NCBI RefSeq assembly: GCF_006345805.1
Contig: NC_043000.1
Coordinates: forward strand, 19,096,001 to 19,160,000
Direction: 5' to 3'
DNA: 64,000 bases
DNA from: Octopus sinensis
Lineage: Eukaryota
Part shown: positions 63,193-64,000 of the stretch, piece after piece
Position numbering within the stretch: the stretch's first letter is position 1
Layout: every line of letters starts with the position of its first letter
Notes under the pieces: model-generated
Told to the model about the DNA's origin: nothing
Seen by the model: the letters and a program-made list of their open reading frames with translations, nothing else
The model's database searches: none
Made by a program: the position numbers and the translations under genes

Positions 63193-63581
63193 GGATGCAA
63201 GCACTCCGTCGGTTACGACGATGAGGGTTCCGGTTGATCCGAATCAACGGAACAACCTGCTCGTGAAATTAACGTGTAAGTGGCTGAGCACTACACAGAC
63301 ACGTGTACCCTTAACGTAGTTCTCGGGGATATTCAGCGTGACACAGAGAGTGACAAGGCCGGCCCTTTGAAATACAGGTACAACAGAAACAGGAAGTAAG
63401 AGTGAGAGAAAGTTGTGGTGAAAGAGTACAGCAGGGATCACCACCATCCCTGCCGGAGCCTCGTGGAGCTTTAGGTGTTTTCGCTCAATAAACACTCACA
63501 ACGCCCGGTCTGGGAATCGAAACCGCGATCCTATGACCGCGAGTCCGCTGCCCTAACCACTGGGCCATTGCGCCTCCACCA
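63193..63581 (-). mobile_element. SINE family B1
   Basis: 11-bp TSD gccacaccctt at 63182-63192 and 63582-63592. Confidence 0.9.
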
Positions 63582-63917
63582 GCCACACCCTTAGGGCTGA
63601 AACGAATAGAAGAACAAATGAATGTTGGCCACGCTCCTGACAGAAATTGAGTACCACCACATCTAAGGGACTCTACTCTTCTTTATTAGTAGCAAACGGC
63701 ATTTAAGCAAGGGAGTGTACTCTCGTGGTCAGTAATTAAAAAGAATATTAAAAATACCTTAGTGTGTTGTCATGGTCGACACCTATTAACTTCGAAGTCA
63801 CTCTCAATATTCTTCTTCTTAGAGAATAATGACTTTCTTCTATACAAAAGTTCAGTTTAATGAAAAATTGTTTTTATCATAATTTAATATAAAAAAATGA
63901 AATATTATGAGTGCTTG

Positions 63918-63989
<72 letters not shown>

Positions 63990-64000
63990 TGTGTGTGTGT

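Noticed and set aside
63758-63850. Minus-strand FEVNRCRP peptide ending at a donor, faintly like the PP1 N-terminus
   Set aside because: In-frame TGA before the donor and weak similarity

Overview
AT-rich, repeat-saturated animal genomic DNA, most likely from an Octopus species. That call is an inference from the tRNA-derived SINE families (resembling octopus OK/OR SINEs) and the extreme microsatellite load. The only host gene I can support is a divergent PP1-type Ser/Thr phosphatase catalytic subunit on the minus strand. I assembled nine GT-AG coding exons by hand (40697 down to 8641; 858 nt, 285 aa plus stop) with all catalytic motifs intact; the exon(s) encoding roughly the first 27 residues were not found. 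The rest is mobile or repetitive: at least five SINE families, a 5'-truncated L1/Tx1-clade LINE flanked on both sides by (TATC)n, R4/Dong-like RLE retrotransposon pieces (one set stacked in (TAA)n), CR1 3' ends, mariner and Tigger remnants, non-autonomous Helitrons, piggyBac/hAT/Tc1-type MITEs and many long foldback palindromes. Most interesting: (i) a possible (TATC)n-targeting Tx1 element whose 3' end matches the tail of an abundant local SINE, (ii) a second SINE family sharing its tail with CR1, (iii) a PP1 paralogue with altered docking surfaces and unusual intron positions, and (iv) long intronic hairpins next to its exons. Almost all other ORFs in the supplied track are microsatellite or SINE artefacts. 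Repeat boundaries were read by eye and are approximate unless stated.
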